In this document: positions 8,722-18,132 of the stretch, one piece after another
Layout: every line of letters starts with the position of its first letter
How positions within the stretch are numbered: the first letter of the stretch is position 1
Virus record (IMG/VR): IMGVR_UViG_3300036772_000425
Span: 202,924-266,923 of that record
Length of the DNA: 64,000 bases
Reading direction: 5' to 3' (one strand)
DNA from: a virus
Program-made: the position numbers and the translations under genes
Notes under the pieces: generated by a model
The model's database searches: none
The model's input: only the letters and a program-made list of their open reading frames with translations
Told to the model about the DNA's origin: nothing

Positions 8722-9918
8722 CTACATGCGAACAGTTCCCATCCGGGTCCGATCGTATCGTTGGATCCCAAGGATCTGATTGACAGGAGCGAAGCAACCG
8801 GTCAACTTGTAGGTTTGCCCCCGCCAGGGGAAGACCACCCCCTCGATCGAAGAGGTGATGCCACCGTAGTGTGTGAGATCATCGAGGTTATCGTGCAGCA
8901 GTTCGACCTGTTCCGGATCTGCATCTGCCTCGATCTGAGCAGCACAGGCTCTCACCGCATCATGCATCATCTGCAGGGAACGCTGGTGGGATACGACCAT
9001 GGGAGACCGAGCGAACGCGAGCGTATCGACAGCAAGCCGTTGGACGATACCCACGATGGGCCTACGAAGTATCTTGACCAGGAGTTCCGATCGTTCGACG
9101 AACTCACCGATCTTCCAGCTGAATTCCGGGCATTGCTGCTTGAGAAGCGTCAGGTTATGGTACCCGGGCAGCTTCAAGGCACGTGCGACGATGCGACACT
9201 GCATCCTGATCGGCAGGTGAAGCTCTTCAACGAACGGGACGAGGCGCATTCGCAGGTAGTCTGCGATGGTCGAATCCAGCCCAAGGTCTGAAACAGCAAG
9301 GGTGTGCTGCAGGGCACGTTGGAACGTAGGTAGGCATGAGTCCGGCCGAGCACTGAAGTTGATGGGAACCGGGCCCCTCACAGTCCACCCAGCTGCATCC
9401 AGCGTCCCTGGGCCCAGGATGGGATCGAGGGCATCGGGCCGGCAGCTGTCCTTGATCGCCTTCCCATCGACGACCCTGAAGCTAGAGCAGCCATGGATGA
9501 CCACGTGGTTGCCCACGTACCTCACCACGTTCGGGTTGTCCTCGCTGATGATCTCAGCGTTGTACCAGCGCTGTGCCTCACCGAAGGTCGACAGCAGGAG
9601 ATCGACGGAAGCCCGCCCGATCGCACCCTGCAGGGCACGGAAACCACCCACGAACGCAAGGATGACGTTCGGTTTGTTCGGGAACCTAGCCGCCAGCTCG
9701 GGCTCTCCCATCCCGCCGCGGACGATGTCTCCCAGGCCACGGGCCACCCGGAGACCGGCAACGGGATGCCAACTGAACGTCAGCGCCTGGCCGTCGAGCT
9801 TCTCTGTCGCTCCGGCCAGGCGACCACCGTGGATCGTCTCGGCAAGTTCGAGCAGGTCACGGAACCTGAGCTCATGATCCTCGTACAGGTGCTTGATGTG
9901 TCCGGCAGCTCCGCCCAT
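8722..9918 (-). CDS. ATP-dependent RNA ligase, Rnl1-like
   Basis: nucleotidyltransferase motif I EKLDGQAL (KxDG) about 40 aa from the N-terminus; size (398 aa) similar to T4 Rnl1. Confidence 0.55.
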   Translation of the reverse strand: MGGAAGHIKHLYEDHELRFRDLLELAETIHGGRLAGATEKLDGQALTFSWHPVAGLRVARGLGDIVRGGMGEPELAARFPNKPNVILAFVGGFRALQGAIGRASVDLLLSTFGEAQRWYNAEIISEDNPNVVRYVGNHVVIHGCSSFRVVDGKAIKDSCRPDALDPILGPGTLDAAGWTVRGPVPINFSARPDSCLPTFQRALQHTLAVSDLGLDSTIADYLRMRLVPFVEELHLPIRMQCRIVARALKLPGYHNLTLLKQQCPEFSWKIGEFVERSELLVKILRRPIVGIVQRLAVDTLAFARSPMVVSHQRSLQMMHDAVRACAAQIEADADPEQVELLHDNLDDLTHYGGITSSIEGVVFPWRGQTYKLTGCFAPVNQILGIQRYDRTRMGTVRM

Positions 9919-9960
9919 GCACTGTATGGTACTGGGCAGGGCGAACGGTCTACATGTACA

Positions 9961-10170
9961 TCACTCAACCTTGCTGACAGCAGAGTCCACTGCATGGTAC
10001 AGGAACGACCTGACATGAGCATCGTCCAGCAGTTGATCAGGCTCCAGGTTGAAGTGTTCCTTCATCAGGCGAACGATCTCAGGGGTGAGTTGAACATTCA
10101 ACACGGCACCGTTGTTCAACCTGATTGTGCGTTCCTCGCACGGACCCAAGATCGAAACCTGATCACTCAT
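9961..10170 (-). CDS. hypothetical protein
   Basis: 69-aa ORF. Confidence 0.4.
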   Translation of the reverse strand: MSDQVSILGPCEERTIRLNNGAVLNVQLTPEIVRLMKEHFNLEPDQLLDDAHVRSFLYHAVDSAVSKVE

Positions 10171-10205
10171 CGGATGACACTACTGCACGCAGGTGCAGAT
10201 GATCA

Positions 10206-10808
10206 TCAGCGCTTCTTCGGAATGATCGGCGACGGTGCCGACGTATCCTCAGCGGACGGTTTCTTCCCGCTATTGCCCGCCGGCGAGGACTTGATGACGT
10301 TCGGTTTCTTGTGAACGGTGTGAGGTTCGTTCGACTTGTCCATCTGGATGTCAGCGGGGTGCTTCCCGGGATCCTCGGCCTGCTGGCCGTTGATCTCGCC
10401 CGTCACGATCTGAGCAATGCCCTTGAGGAATGCCAGCAGCGCCACCTTCTCTGCCTTCGACAGGCTGCCGATGTACTCCTCCATCGCAGAGGCGACCGCA
10501 CTGTCCTTGAAGGAGCGACCGCTTCGGATCGAGTTGAGCTTGTCGACGATGTCCTTGGGTTTGATGTCACCCTGGGCCAGCTTCTCCTGCTCGTCGTCCA
10601 TCGTCTTGGAGCTGCCTTGGTCCTCCTCGGAGCCCTCAGGAGAATTCGAATCCTCCTGTGAGGTTGATACCAAGGAGTCCTGTTTCTCTTTTTCTGTGAG
10701 GGCCTTCCGGTGCAGGTGGCTCTTGATGCCCTCTGAGAAGACCTCATTCAGGAACTGGTTGACGCTGCGACCGGTGGACAACGTGATGACCCTCTCTGGT
10801 GATTTCAT
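10206..10808 (-). CDS. hypothetical acidic protein
   Basis: start at internal MKSPERV gives ATGA coupling to the upstream gene; the N-terminal extension is Pro/Gly junk. Confidence 0.45.
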   Translation of the reverse strand: MKSPERVITLSTGRSVNQFLNEVFSEGIKSHLHRKALTEKEKQDSLVSTSQEDSNSPEGSEEDQGSSKTMDDEQEKLAQGDIKPKDIVDKLNSIRSGRSFKDSAVASAMEEYIGSLSKAEKVALLAFLKGIAQIVTGEINGQQAEDPGKHPADIQMDKSNEPHTVHKKPNVIKSSPAGNSGKKPSAEDTSAPSPIIPKKR

Positions 10809-11317
10809 CGTGAAACTCCGATCCTTGTCCGGCCCATCGGGCGCTCCTGGTACTGTGCTGCCCTGATCCTGTGGGGGCTGTCGTTGGTGACCCGCAGAGC
10901 TGCGGGGCGCCGGCCCTCCTCCAAGATCCGATCCATGAACTTGCTGAAATCCCAACCCTCCTTCAGGGAGCTGGTGCACGTCGGGCACTCGCAATCGTTC
11001 GGGTGGTTCCGCGCGCCCGGTTCCACCAGCTCATCGGGCGGTCCGTCCTTCGCTGCCTCGCCCATCCGGATGGCCATCGCATCGTCCGGATCCGGACCCA
11101 TGGATCCCTCGCCGTACACGCACTCAGGTTCGCAAGGTTGCCCTGCGGGGGCACCGCATCCGGGACAAACATCCTCGTAGCACGAGCACTCTGCCGATCC
11201 GCATGTCGGACACCTGTCGTTCTCCCAACCGCACACGCTGCATTCAAGGTCCTCACCGCCCATGTGTGTATCGCACAGTGGGCAGTTGAACTCGCAGACA
11301 GATCCAAGGACGTTCAT
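10805..11317 (-). CDS. Cys-rich zinc-finger protein (multiple CxxC/CPxCG motifs)
   Basis: CPLC, CSVCG, CPTCG, CPGCG, CEPEC, CECPTC; reminiscent of DnaJ-type CxxCxG repeats. Confidence 0.5.
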   Translation of the reverse strand: MNVLGSVCEFNCPLCDTHMGGEDLECSVCGWENDRCPTCGSAECSCYEDVCPGCGAPAGQPCEPECVYGEGSMGPDPDDAMAIRMGEAAKDGPPDELVEPGARNHPNDCECPTCTSSLKEGWDFSKFMDRILEEGRRPAALRVTNDSPHRIRAAQYQERPMGRTRIGVSR

Positions 11318-11334
11318 AGACGTAATTAGGGGCC

Positions 11335-11715
11335 TCAGCGGCGGGGCGGCGAGAGGTGAAGTCCGAGGGTGCACATCTGATCCTGCGGATTGATCTCATC
11401 GATCCTTGCGGCGGTGACGGAGAAGGGTCCTGGGATCGGGATCAAGGTGAGCCCATGGTGGAGCTCGATCTTTCCGAAGATGACATTGTTCAGGTGCAGC
11501 AGGGCGAGAGCCTCGCTCAGTTCACATCGAAATTCGATCTCTGGGTTGGTACCCAGCAGGATGCCGCGCAGCACGCCGGTGAGCCCAGTGATCCGACCGG
11601 CCGTGATCATCTCAGCGACGACCGTGACGTACTTGTCGGCTTCCTGCTCAAGGAACTTTGTTGCTGCGTCCGCGTCCAGCTCCGGGATCTGTCCCCGCAG
11701 CGAATCGCTCATCAT
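11335..11715 (-). CDS. hypothetical protein
   Basis: start at internal Met to avoid overlap with the upstream gene. Confidence 0.4.
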   Translation of the reverse strand: MMSDSLRGQIPELDADAATKFLEQEADKYVTVVAEMITAGRITGLTGVLRGILLGTNPEIEFRCELSEALALLHLNNVIFGKIELHHGLTLIPIPGPFSVTAARIDEINPQDQMCTLGLHLSPPRR

Positions 11716-11728
11716 GATCTGACGCTGA

Positions 11729-12112
11729 TCATCCTTCGGATTGTGCTTCATCTCCATCTGCGGGATGGTACACCAAACCCCTGTACAGGATGTCAGCGTA
11801 CCGGGCGAGCTCACGATCCAGCTCTGAAACAACGTCTATGTCCTTGGTCTGCACCTTGAGCCCCACGGTGTCACCGTCCACGCTCAGGGTTGCACCATGG
11901 TGCTGCGCGGCCTCGTAGGCGAGCAGTTGGATGACGAAGTCATTTCGATCATCCATCCGTCTGAACCGAAAGACCTTGCACAGAGCACCACCCGCTTCGA
12001 GCCAACGTTCTGAAGGCAGGATGGGCACCCTGGGTTGCTTCGGGGTGATGGGTCGGGCGCTCGAACCGGAAGATTCAATGAGCCGTCGATGCAGGGCGAG
12101 CAAGCTGTTCAT
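11729..12112 (-). CDS. hypothetical protein
   Basis: 127-aa ORF. Confidence 0.45.
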   Translation of the reverse strand: MNSLLALHRRLIESSGSSARPITPKQPRVPILPSERWLEAGGALCKVFRFRRMDDRNDFVIQLLAYEAAQHHGATLSVDGDTVGLKVQTKDIDVVSELDRELARYADILYRGLVYHPADGDEAQSEG

Positions 12113-12882
12113 CCCAGCACCACCACTCCGCCCACCACCGCCTCGGCTGTGAAACTGGAACCGTGCGTGTAGATCCTTCTATCCCTGTCGATGATGGCGC
12201 TACCGCCCTTGAAGGACATGTCCCGCTCCTTGCCCACGCGGTTCGAAACGATCAGGTTCGCCCTGGTGTCCTCCACCAGCTCGATCCAGGCAGAATCAGG
12301 GTACCCATACGCAGCTCCCCAGTTTGTCAGCAAGGCGATGGTGTCCACGTCGCCCCGATTGTAGAATTTCTGTCCGGACCTGTAGAAGTTGTACGATTCC
12401 CGGTACTTGTTGCTGACGTCGCGGCACACCAGCACTCCCAACCTACCCGCAGGCGTGATGATGACCGGCGGTTGCGACTCCGACGGTTGGGCCCACATGT
12501 TGTCGCTGCCGTACAGGTTGTGTTTCTGCGCGTTCGCCTCCAGCCCACCGGGCCCGACGACTGCGGCACTGTTGTACAGCTTGCCTTCATGGAGCTCCAC
12601 ATAACCGAACACGATCCTACAATCGTGCTGCCGGGCCAGGTCGACGAAGGCCTGCGTCTGGTACCCACCTCGTGTCTGGGCAACTGTCATCGCCTCCTTG
12701 GGTGATTCGAACACGTAACCACCGGTGCATAGTTCGGGCAGCACGATGACACGAGCTCCCTTGACAGCAGCCTCGAACGTGAGCTGGAGCGCTGTCGCCA
12801 TGTTCTCACGAACCCGGAACAACCTGGGTTCGAACTGCACCGCGGCGACGATCGCCGCGGGCTCCACGAATGATCCGGGCAC
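12109..12882 (-). CDS. carbon-nitrogen hydrolase (nitrilase superfamily)
   Basis: VIVLPELCTGGY (Glu), catalytic Cys in LGVLVCRD, length 257 aa, typical CN_hydrolase layout. Confidence 0.7.
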   Translation of the reverse strand: MPGSFVEPAAIVAAVQFEPRLFRVRENMATALQLTFEAAVKGARVIVLPELCTGGYVFESPKEAMTVAQTRGGYQTQAFVDLARQHDCRIVFGYVELHEGKLYNSAAVVGPGGLEANAQKHNLYGSDNMWAQPSESQPPVIITPAGRLGVLVCRDVSNKYRESYNFYRSGQKFYNRGDVDTIALLTNWGAAYGYPDSAWIELVEDTRANLIVSNRVGKERDMSFKGGSAIIDRDRRIYTHGSSFTAEAVVGGVVVLG

Positions 12883-12886
12883 GGTC

Positions 12887-14038
12887 TCAACCCCTCAGGC
12901 GCAGGGTGGGTCGCCTGGACTCACCGAGGCCGAAATCGACGATGTCATCATCGTGGACTGTCTCGGGTTCCGCGCGGCGGCGCGCCGGTGCAGGTTCTTC
13001 ATCTCCCAATCCAAGGTCAACAACGTCGTCATCCACCACGCTCGACTCGGGCTCATCGTCTCCCATGTCCAGGTCGACAACGTCATCGTCATGGACCACA
13101 TCAAGGACCTCGCCGCCCTTGCGCGCACGTTTGATCGCGGTGTGCAGGAACTCGCGAAATCCGTCCAGATCACGCACGATGTCAGGATGATCCTTCATGA
13201 GCCTGACATCCGCGGCCGAGATCTCTCCAGACTTCGACAGGAACTTGATGTAGTCGTTCATGGCGGTCAACGTGAGGATCTCAGCGTCATCCTCGTCCAT
13301 GTCAGCCACGAACTTTGCCTTTTCAAGGGCCTTGTCGACGGCCGCCTTCGCGCCGGCAACAGACAGACCCATCTCCTTGGCGATGTCAGAGAATTGGCTG
13401 CCGCCCACGTCATCCATGCTACCCAAGGCAGTCGACTTGTACGTTCGTCCGGCGGGTTTGCTGGGCTCGGGTGCATCTGGGACCCCATCGCCCACTGCGG
13501 GCACGTCAGGGTTGGCGTCATCCTCCTTCGGGTTCTCGTAGTCCTTGATGGCCTTGCCCATGGAGCGCTTCAACCAGGCCTTGCTCTTATCAACGCGGTC
13601 CTGGTACTCCTTGCCGTGCACACCGAACGGGATCTTCGTCACGGGCGGAAGCTCCGCCTCCTGCAACATCCGCCTGATGCTGCGACGCAGTGCTTCCTCA
13701 ACCTGGCTGGTACCACCTTGTGCGGCCTTGGTCTTCATTTCCTTTTCCTTGTCCTCGGCTGCTCCAGCCTCGATGTTTGCCTTGACGATATCGTACAACT
13801 TCGCCATCTCAGAGTCGGGCAGGTTCTTGACCAGCTGCGAGACAGCCACCCCGAACTCCACCTTGCTTTGAGGGCTGAAGTTCGGGTTGATTGGGTCTGT
13901 TGCAGCGACCGACGGATCAACGTTTGAGTTGACCTCCGCAGGTTGATCATGGTTCGCTGACCACCCTGCGAAATCCTTGTTCCACAGGGCCTCATTGACC
14001 AGCTCCCTCAACGCCCTGTCGGTGACAGTCACCTTCAC
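12887..14038 (-). CDS. hypothetical protein with C-terminal acidic tandem repeats
   Basis: 383 aa; three imperfect VVDDDVVDLGLGDEEP repeats at the C-terminus. Confidence 0.55.
   Translation of the reverse strand: MKVTVTDRALRELVNEALWNKDFAGWSANHDQPAEVNSNVDPSVAATDPINPNFSPQSKVEFGVAVSQLVKNLPDSEMAKLYDIVKANIEAGAAEDKEKEMKTKAAQGGTSQVEEALRRSIRRMLQEAELPPVTKIPFGVHGKEYQDRVDKSKAWLKRSMGKAIKDYENPKEDDANPDVPAVGDGVPDAPEPSKPAGRTYKSTALGSMDDVGGSQFSDIAKEMGLSVAGAKAAVDKALEKAKFVADMDEDDAEILTLTAMNDYIKFLSKSGEISAADVRLMKDHPDIVRDLDGFREFLHTAIKRARKGGEVLDVVHDDDVVDLDMGDDEPESSVVDDDVVDLGLGDEEPAPARRRAEPETVHDDDIVDFGLGESRRPTLRLRG
12918..13100 (-). repeat. imperfect ~60-75-nt tandem repeats encoding acidic VxDDDVVDhGhGDEEP units
   Basis: DNA-level repeats gatgacgatgacgttgtcgacctgg / gatgacgacgttgttgaccttgg / gatgatgacatcgtcgatttcgg. 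Confidence 0.6.
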
Positions 14039-14041
14039 AGA

Positions 14042-14353
14042 TCAACCCTCCGCGCTCGGCGCGCCGGGTGCAGCGGAGGGTCCATTGTACTTTGCATCGG
14101 TCCAACGTCGACCGAAGTACAGTGTCAGGATCGGGACCAGGTAGGCTCCGCAGGCTGATACGTCGAAGGGCCTGATGTTCAGGCTGCCGATGTGATCAAT
14201 GATCGAGACGATGTACGCAAGCGTCGTCACCCAGAAGGCGATGAACACCATCGTCACCGTCACTGATCCGTAACCCTTGGCGTCCCGGATCCAGAACCAG
14301 GCTGGCTTGACCTCAGTCGGATCCGGATCGTTGCTGCTCGCTTGCTGGTCCAT
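14042..14353 (-). CDS. membrane protein (2 predicted TM helices)
   Basis: VTMVFIAFWVTTLAYIVSII and AYLVPILTLYF hydrophobic segments. Confidence 0.5.
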   Translation of the reverse strand: MDQQASSNDPDPTEVKPAWFWIRDAKGYGSVTVTMVFIAFWVTTLAYIVSIIDHIGSLNIRPFDVSACGAYLVPILTLYFGRRWTDAKYNGPSAAPGAPSAEG

Positions 14354-14400
14354 GTTTACCTCGAAGTCCTAAGGGACTACGGGTAAATAGCGATCAGCTG

Positions 14401-14877
14401 TCACTTTGTCGCGCGGGACACGGCGAAAACAGTCAGGACAGTCAGGACGATCCCGGCGGCGCCGCCGATCCCAAACCAAACGGGCGCGCTCAGACCGGAG
14501 GACTGCTGCTTGATCTGATCGTTCAGGATGCCGACCTGACGCTTGCCGTCGTCAACCTGGGCTTGCAGGATCCGCTTGTCAGCGGTGAACGTGGTTGTCA
14601 GGCTGTCGACCTGGTACTTCAGTTGAGCTCCGTCGAGCTGCGACTGGTGATTCACCGCAAGGTCCAGCTGGGCAGACCAGGTGTCCTTCTGCGAGATGAT
14701 CGACGCAGCAGCCTCGGGAGAAAGCAGGACACCGGTGAAGGGTGCAGGCTGCGATTTCTGCAATGGAGCAATGACAGGTGCCGGAGCGCTGGACACAGGA
14801 GGCACCTGAGCCCAACATAGGCTGGAACCCATAATCATGGATGCCATCAACAGACCAGAGATCGTTCGCTTCATCAT
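14401..14877 (-). CDS. exported/membrane-anchored protein (signal peptide plus C-terminal TM)
   Basis: start at MMKRTISGLLMASMIMGSSLCWAQV (signal-like); C-terminal VWFGIGGAAGIVLTVLTVFAV. Confidence 0.45.
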   Translation of the reverse strand: MMKRTISGLLMASMIMGSSLCWAQVPPVSSAPAPVIAPLQKSQPAPFTGVLLSPEAAASIISQKDTWSAQLDLAVNHQSQLDGAQLKYQVDSLTTTFTADKRILQAQVDDGKRQVGILNDQIKQQSSGLSAPVWFGIGGAAGIVLTVLTVFAVSRATK

Positions 14878-14911
14878 GGGATAGTACCCATATGAAGCAC
14901 CGTGTTTCAGT

Positions 14912-15289
14912 TCACCTGCTGACGGTGAATCCGTAACGGGATCCCAAGAGCGCAGCCATGCCCGCAGCATCGTTCCCGTACTGCTTGATGAGCTGCTTCT
15001 GCTCCGTTCCTTGACGTTCTTGGAGCTGCGCGGAGGCATCAGCATAGTCAGCCTCGATCTTTGAGTACGCAGCGTGAAGAGCGTCCAACTCCTGCTGGTG
15101 CTGTGCAACTTCGTCTGCCTGGGCTTGCTTGACCTCATCCAACTCCTGCTGGTGCGAAGCGTTGAGCTTCGCAAGCTCGTCAGCGCTGGTCGATTCCCTT
15201 TGATGAAAGGCTACCGCGGCGACGATGATGACAAGGACAACCAGAGCTGATTGCCAGTGCGCACGGAAGAAGTTCAAGACGCTTAGCAT
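14912..15289 (-). CDS. membrane-anchored coiled-coil protein (i-spanin-like topology)
   Basis: N-terminal TM ALVVLVIIVAAVAF followed by a Gln/Glu-rich coiled coil. Confidence 0.45.
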   Translation of the reverse strand: MLSVLNFFRAHWQSALVVLVIIVAAVAFHQRESTSADELAKLNASHQQELDEVKQAQADEVAQHQQELDALHAAYSKIEADYADASAQLQERQGTEQKQLIKQYGNDAAGMAALLGSRYGFTVSR

Positions 15290-15597
15290 CAGTTCGACTG
15301 CCCCTTACCCAATTTCTTCTGGAACGAGATCTCTGGCATGTTCGTGTCGGTGGCCGACTCACCCAGCCTACGAAGCAGGTTGGTCTGGTTGGCCCAGACC
15401 TGTTGGATCATCTGGTGATGGACCGCCTGGTTGTGGGCCAGGATCGCTAGATTGTTTCCGAAGCTATGCACGGACTCTGCCAGGCTCTTCACCGAGGCAG
15501 CCAGATCACGGAACGGTTTCGAGATCTCGATCGCCCGATCCTTCGCTTCCTTAAGCAGCCTCATCGCGTCTCCTGCGTTGGGATGGTAGAATTTCAT
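15289..15597 (-). CDS. hypothetical protein
   Basis: the start is uncertain; internal Met chosen. Confidence 0.35.
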   Translation of the reverse strand: MKFYHPNAGDAMRLLKEAKDRAIEISKPFRDLAASVKSLAESVHSFGNNLAILAHNQAVHHQMIQQVWANQTNLLRRLGESATDTNMPEISFQKKLGKGQSN

Positions 15598-15904
15598 CTG
15601 GATCTTTGATGAGATCGTACAACCTATCAGAGTCCAGTTCACCCAGCATCTTTGCCTTTGGCCTGTCGGGACCGGGCACGAGGCCCACGCTCATGAGCTC
15701 CGTCTTGACCCTGTCCTTGATCATCCTGTTCAGGATGGCAATGGCCGTCGGGTTCCCCTCTCCGACCAACCGAGCGAACTCCTCGAAAGCATCCTGCATG
15801 GTCAAACCCTGGTTGACCAGGTTCAGCTTGAAGCGCTTGTGCGTATCATGATCGAGCTTGATGTGGACGCCCTTCGCCCGGTTGTTGATGTGCTTGATGG
15901 GCAC
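15551..15904 (-). CDS. ribbon-helix-helix (Arc/MetJ/CopG-like) DNA-binding protein
   Basis: N-terminal VHIKLDHDTHKRFKLNLVNQGLTMQDAFEEFARLV fits a beta-strand plus two helices RHH pattern. Confidence 0.45.
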   Translation of the reverse strand: MPIKHINNRAKGVHIKLDHDTHKRFKLNLVNQGLTMQDAFEEFARLVGEGNPTAIAILNRMIKDRVKTELMSVGLVPGPDRPKAKMLGELDSDRLYDLIKDPDEILPSQRRRRDEAA

Positions 15905-15910
15905 TGGTGA

Positions 15911-16531
15911 TCATGCCGGTCCGGCCGGCCCTCCAGGTTCGGCGCTGCCCTGTGCACGATCGGCGGGCGGTGCCTTGAACTTGTCTGCCGCCACGTCGGA
16001 GGAACCTTCGCCCGCCTCCATCCCATGATCATCGCGCAGGGTGCTCTCGAACGCATCAAGCACATCATCGCTGTACGTTTTGGCCAGGAAGCTCTTGGCT
16101 CGACGGATCAACGTGCTCCTGATCTCCAGGAGGCTATCGTAGTTCTGGATCAGGCGCACCACATCATTGCCGAACTTCTCCACGTCGATGGAGTCGAGCC
16201 CCGGTTTGGTGGTGTCATCTCCGGTCATGGCTGCGGCGCCCGGCGCCGCATCCCCAGGATCGGGCGGAGCGTCATCGTCTCCTGCCTCCAGGATCAGGTG
16301 ACCCTTCACCAGGTCACGCCAGTCCAGTGCTTCCATCTGATCGACTGATGCTTCAGGACCAGCACCGTCGGATTTCTTCGAGTCAGTTTCGTACTGTCCC
16401 AAGTAGCGATCGACCTGTGAGTCCAGGCTGTCGCCGCTGGCACCTGATTCATGGGCGAGCGAATCATCCTCCTCACGGAGGAGACGTGCCAAAGGTCCTT
16501 CTGTGAAGAGTTCTGTCAGACGTCGCATCAC
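15911..16531 (-). CDS. acidic hypothetical protein
   Basis: 206 aa; Asp/Glu-rich. Confidence 0.45.
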   Translation of the reverse strand: MMRRLTELFTEGPLARLLREEDDSLAHESGASGDSLDSQVDRYLGQYETDSKKSDGAGPEASVDQMEALDWRDLVKGHLILEAGDDDAPPDPGDAAPGAAAMTGDDTTKPGLDSIDVEKFGNDVVRLIQNYDSLLEIRSTLIRRAKSFLAKTYSDDVLDAFESTLRDDHGMEAGEGSSDVAADKFKAPPADRAQGSAEPGGPAGPA

Positions 16532-17244
16532 TTCACCGCCTCATGAATGGACTCAGCCTTCTTGAAGCGCTCAGAGATCACATCCCAGTTGAGTTCACGC
16601 ATCATAGCGACCAGGTATGACTTCTTGTCTGTCAGGTAGTCCTTTACGTAGGCATGTTCGTGCATGTCAATGACGATCAGGGGTTGGAGACCGACCATGA
16701 CGTCCTGGCTGTGGTTGCTGACGAAGGTGTTGACGTATCGCTTCAGGAAGGCGCTGTACCCGCACACGGCCCACCCGGTACCGCACGCCATCGCACAGCC
16801 CATGAAATCAGCCTGCCAATCGGCGAAGGTGCCGAAGTCACGTTCCAAGCGAAGGTACGGCAGAGAGTCCATGTACACTTCAGAGTGCGGATCAAAGCAG
16901 TTGGAGAAGTACAGCTCGTGAAGCCACACCGCGTTCATGTTGAATGTTTCATCGAGCTTCAGGCTCCTGTACGAGCTGTGCTTGCTGTCGGCCTCGGCAC
17001 GCTGAGCAGTGTCCAGCTCTGCAGAGACCCGATTCAAGGTCTCCAGGTATCCCTTGTACAGTGCACTGTGGGCGTCCTTCGTCTTTTGCGAGACGAACTC
17101 GCTGACCTGGTTGTACGGTTTCGGTTCCGCTACGTAGGATTCCTCCAAGAGTTCCTGGCGCAATGGCCCCAAGGATCGCTTGACGATGGCCTCCACGTCC
17201 ACGTCGGACAGCAGACCTCTCGATGCCTTCTTCGTCGTTCCCAT
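16528..17244 (-). CDS. Fe/Mn superoxide dismutase-like protein
   Basis: VIDMHEHAYVKDYLTDKKSYL matches the SOD DVWEHAYYLxYxNxRxxY motif; WLHELYF matches NHxxYW; all four putative metal ligands are present. Confidence 0.7.
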   Translation of the reverse strand: MGTTKKASRGLLSDVDVEAIVKRSLGPLRQELLEESYVAEPKPYNQVSEFVSQKTKDAHSALYKGYLETLNRVSAELDTAQRAEADSKHSSYRSLKLDETFNMNAVWLHELYFSNCFDPHSEVYMDSLPYLRLERDFGTFADWQADFMGCAMACGTGWAVCGYSAFLKRYVNTFVSNHSQDVMVGLQPLIVIDMHEHAYVKDYLTDKKSYLVAMMRELNWDVISERFKKAESIHEAVK

Positions 17245-17294
17245 GCTGAGTACCTATCAGACACACGCCCGTTACGGTTCGATCGTATACCTAC

Positions 17295-17582
17295 ATGAGG
17301 ATGACGACAGAGCTTCTAGCCCGGTACATCGCTGAGGTGGTGATGACCCAGAACATCGTCCGCAAGGATCCAGAAGGATCCGGGAAGTTGATGATCCGGA
17401 AGCTGGTGACGTACACCAAGGGTTCATCCAGGTTCGCACCCGGTGAGGACGTCGATACCGACCTGCGGCCCGACGGTTCCGTGAAGGTGGACGACCTGGA
17501 AACCTGGAAGCCTGAGTTCGAGAAAACCCTACGTGGCTCGACGGCAGGCACGACCCGCCGGCGGCGCCGCAAGCTTGCCTGA
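17295..17582 (+). CDS. hypothetical protein (plus-strand)
   Basis: 95 aa with charged protein-like composition; the overlapping minus ORF 17291..17659 is Arg/Ser junk. Confidence 0.35.
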   Translation: MRMTTELLARYIAEVVMTQNIVRKDPEGSGKLMIRKLVTYTKGSSRFAPGEDVDTDLRPDGSVKVDDLETWKPEFEKTLRGSTAGTTRRRRRKLA

Positions 17583-17828
17583 GCGGCGGACCACCCGCAA
17601 GGTTCCTTCCGCCCGACAAGCGTCCTGATGATGGACGCCCCAGCGAGCGTTACCGTCAAAGACGACGAGCAGGGTCGGACCCCACCAGTCCGTGGCGTCG
17701 ACGATCAATCCGTTGTCCCGAACTTCCAGGACAACCTGCGTGAATTCACCGCGACCCCATGTCACGACGTCGCCCACCCGGAACTTCTTCTGCTCACGTT
17801 TGAGCTCAGCCTTCGTCATGTTTCGCAT
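17529..17828 (-). CDS. hypothetical protein
   Basis: the N-terminal 60 aa (MTKAELKREQKKFRVGDVVTWGRGEF...) are protein-like; the C-terminus may be readthrough. Confidence 0.4.
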   Translation of the reverse strand: MRNMTKAELKREQKKFRVGDVVTWGRGEFTQVVLEVRDNGLIVDATDWWGPTLLVVFDGNARWGVHHQDACRAEGTLRVVRRSGKLAAPPAGRACRRAT

Positions 17829-17839
17829 GCTGTCTCCTG

Positions 17840-18121
17840 TCAGTCCAACCGGTACTCTTCCTCGAAGGAAGGACCGTCGACCAGAAATTGGTCACCCTCT
17901 GGCGTCATCAGGATGATGTCTTGCGTTCCGACTGACGCGACGGTGTAGCGGAGGTTGCTCTTCTTGTGCTTCACCTTCAGACCGGGCGAGAGGACAGGTT
18001 CCTCCTCCTTTCCGATCTTCGATGACATCACCATGTCGATCTGCTCGGCAAGGATGGCCTGCCGCGCGCGCCACTCTTCACGCATGATCCTGATGATGTC
18101 TGATTCCTGAAGGGTTCTCAT
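17840..18121 (-). CDS. hypothetical protein
   Basis: start at internal MRTLQESD. Confidence 0.4.
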   Translation of the reverse strand: MRTLQESDIIRIMREEWRARQAILAEQIDMVMSSKIGKEEEPVLSPGLKVKHKKSNLRYTVASVGTQDIILMTPEGDQFLVDGPSFEEEYRLD

Positions 18122-18132
18122 CCTCGTAACTA

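Noticed and set aside
9493-10314. 273-aa plus-strand ORF
   Set aside because: It is antisense to the well-supported Rnl1-like gene, and the composition is biased and junk-like.
12725-13927. 400-aa plus-strand ORF
   Set aside because: It is antisense to the 383-aa acidic-repeat protein gene, and it is low-complexity.
17291-17659. 122-aa minus ORF
   Set aside because: Arg/Ser-rich junk. The plus-strand 17295..17582 ORF and the minus 17529..17828 ORF look more protein-like.
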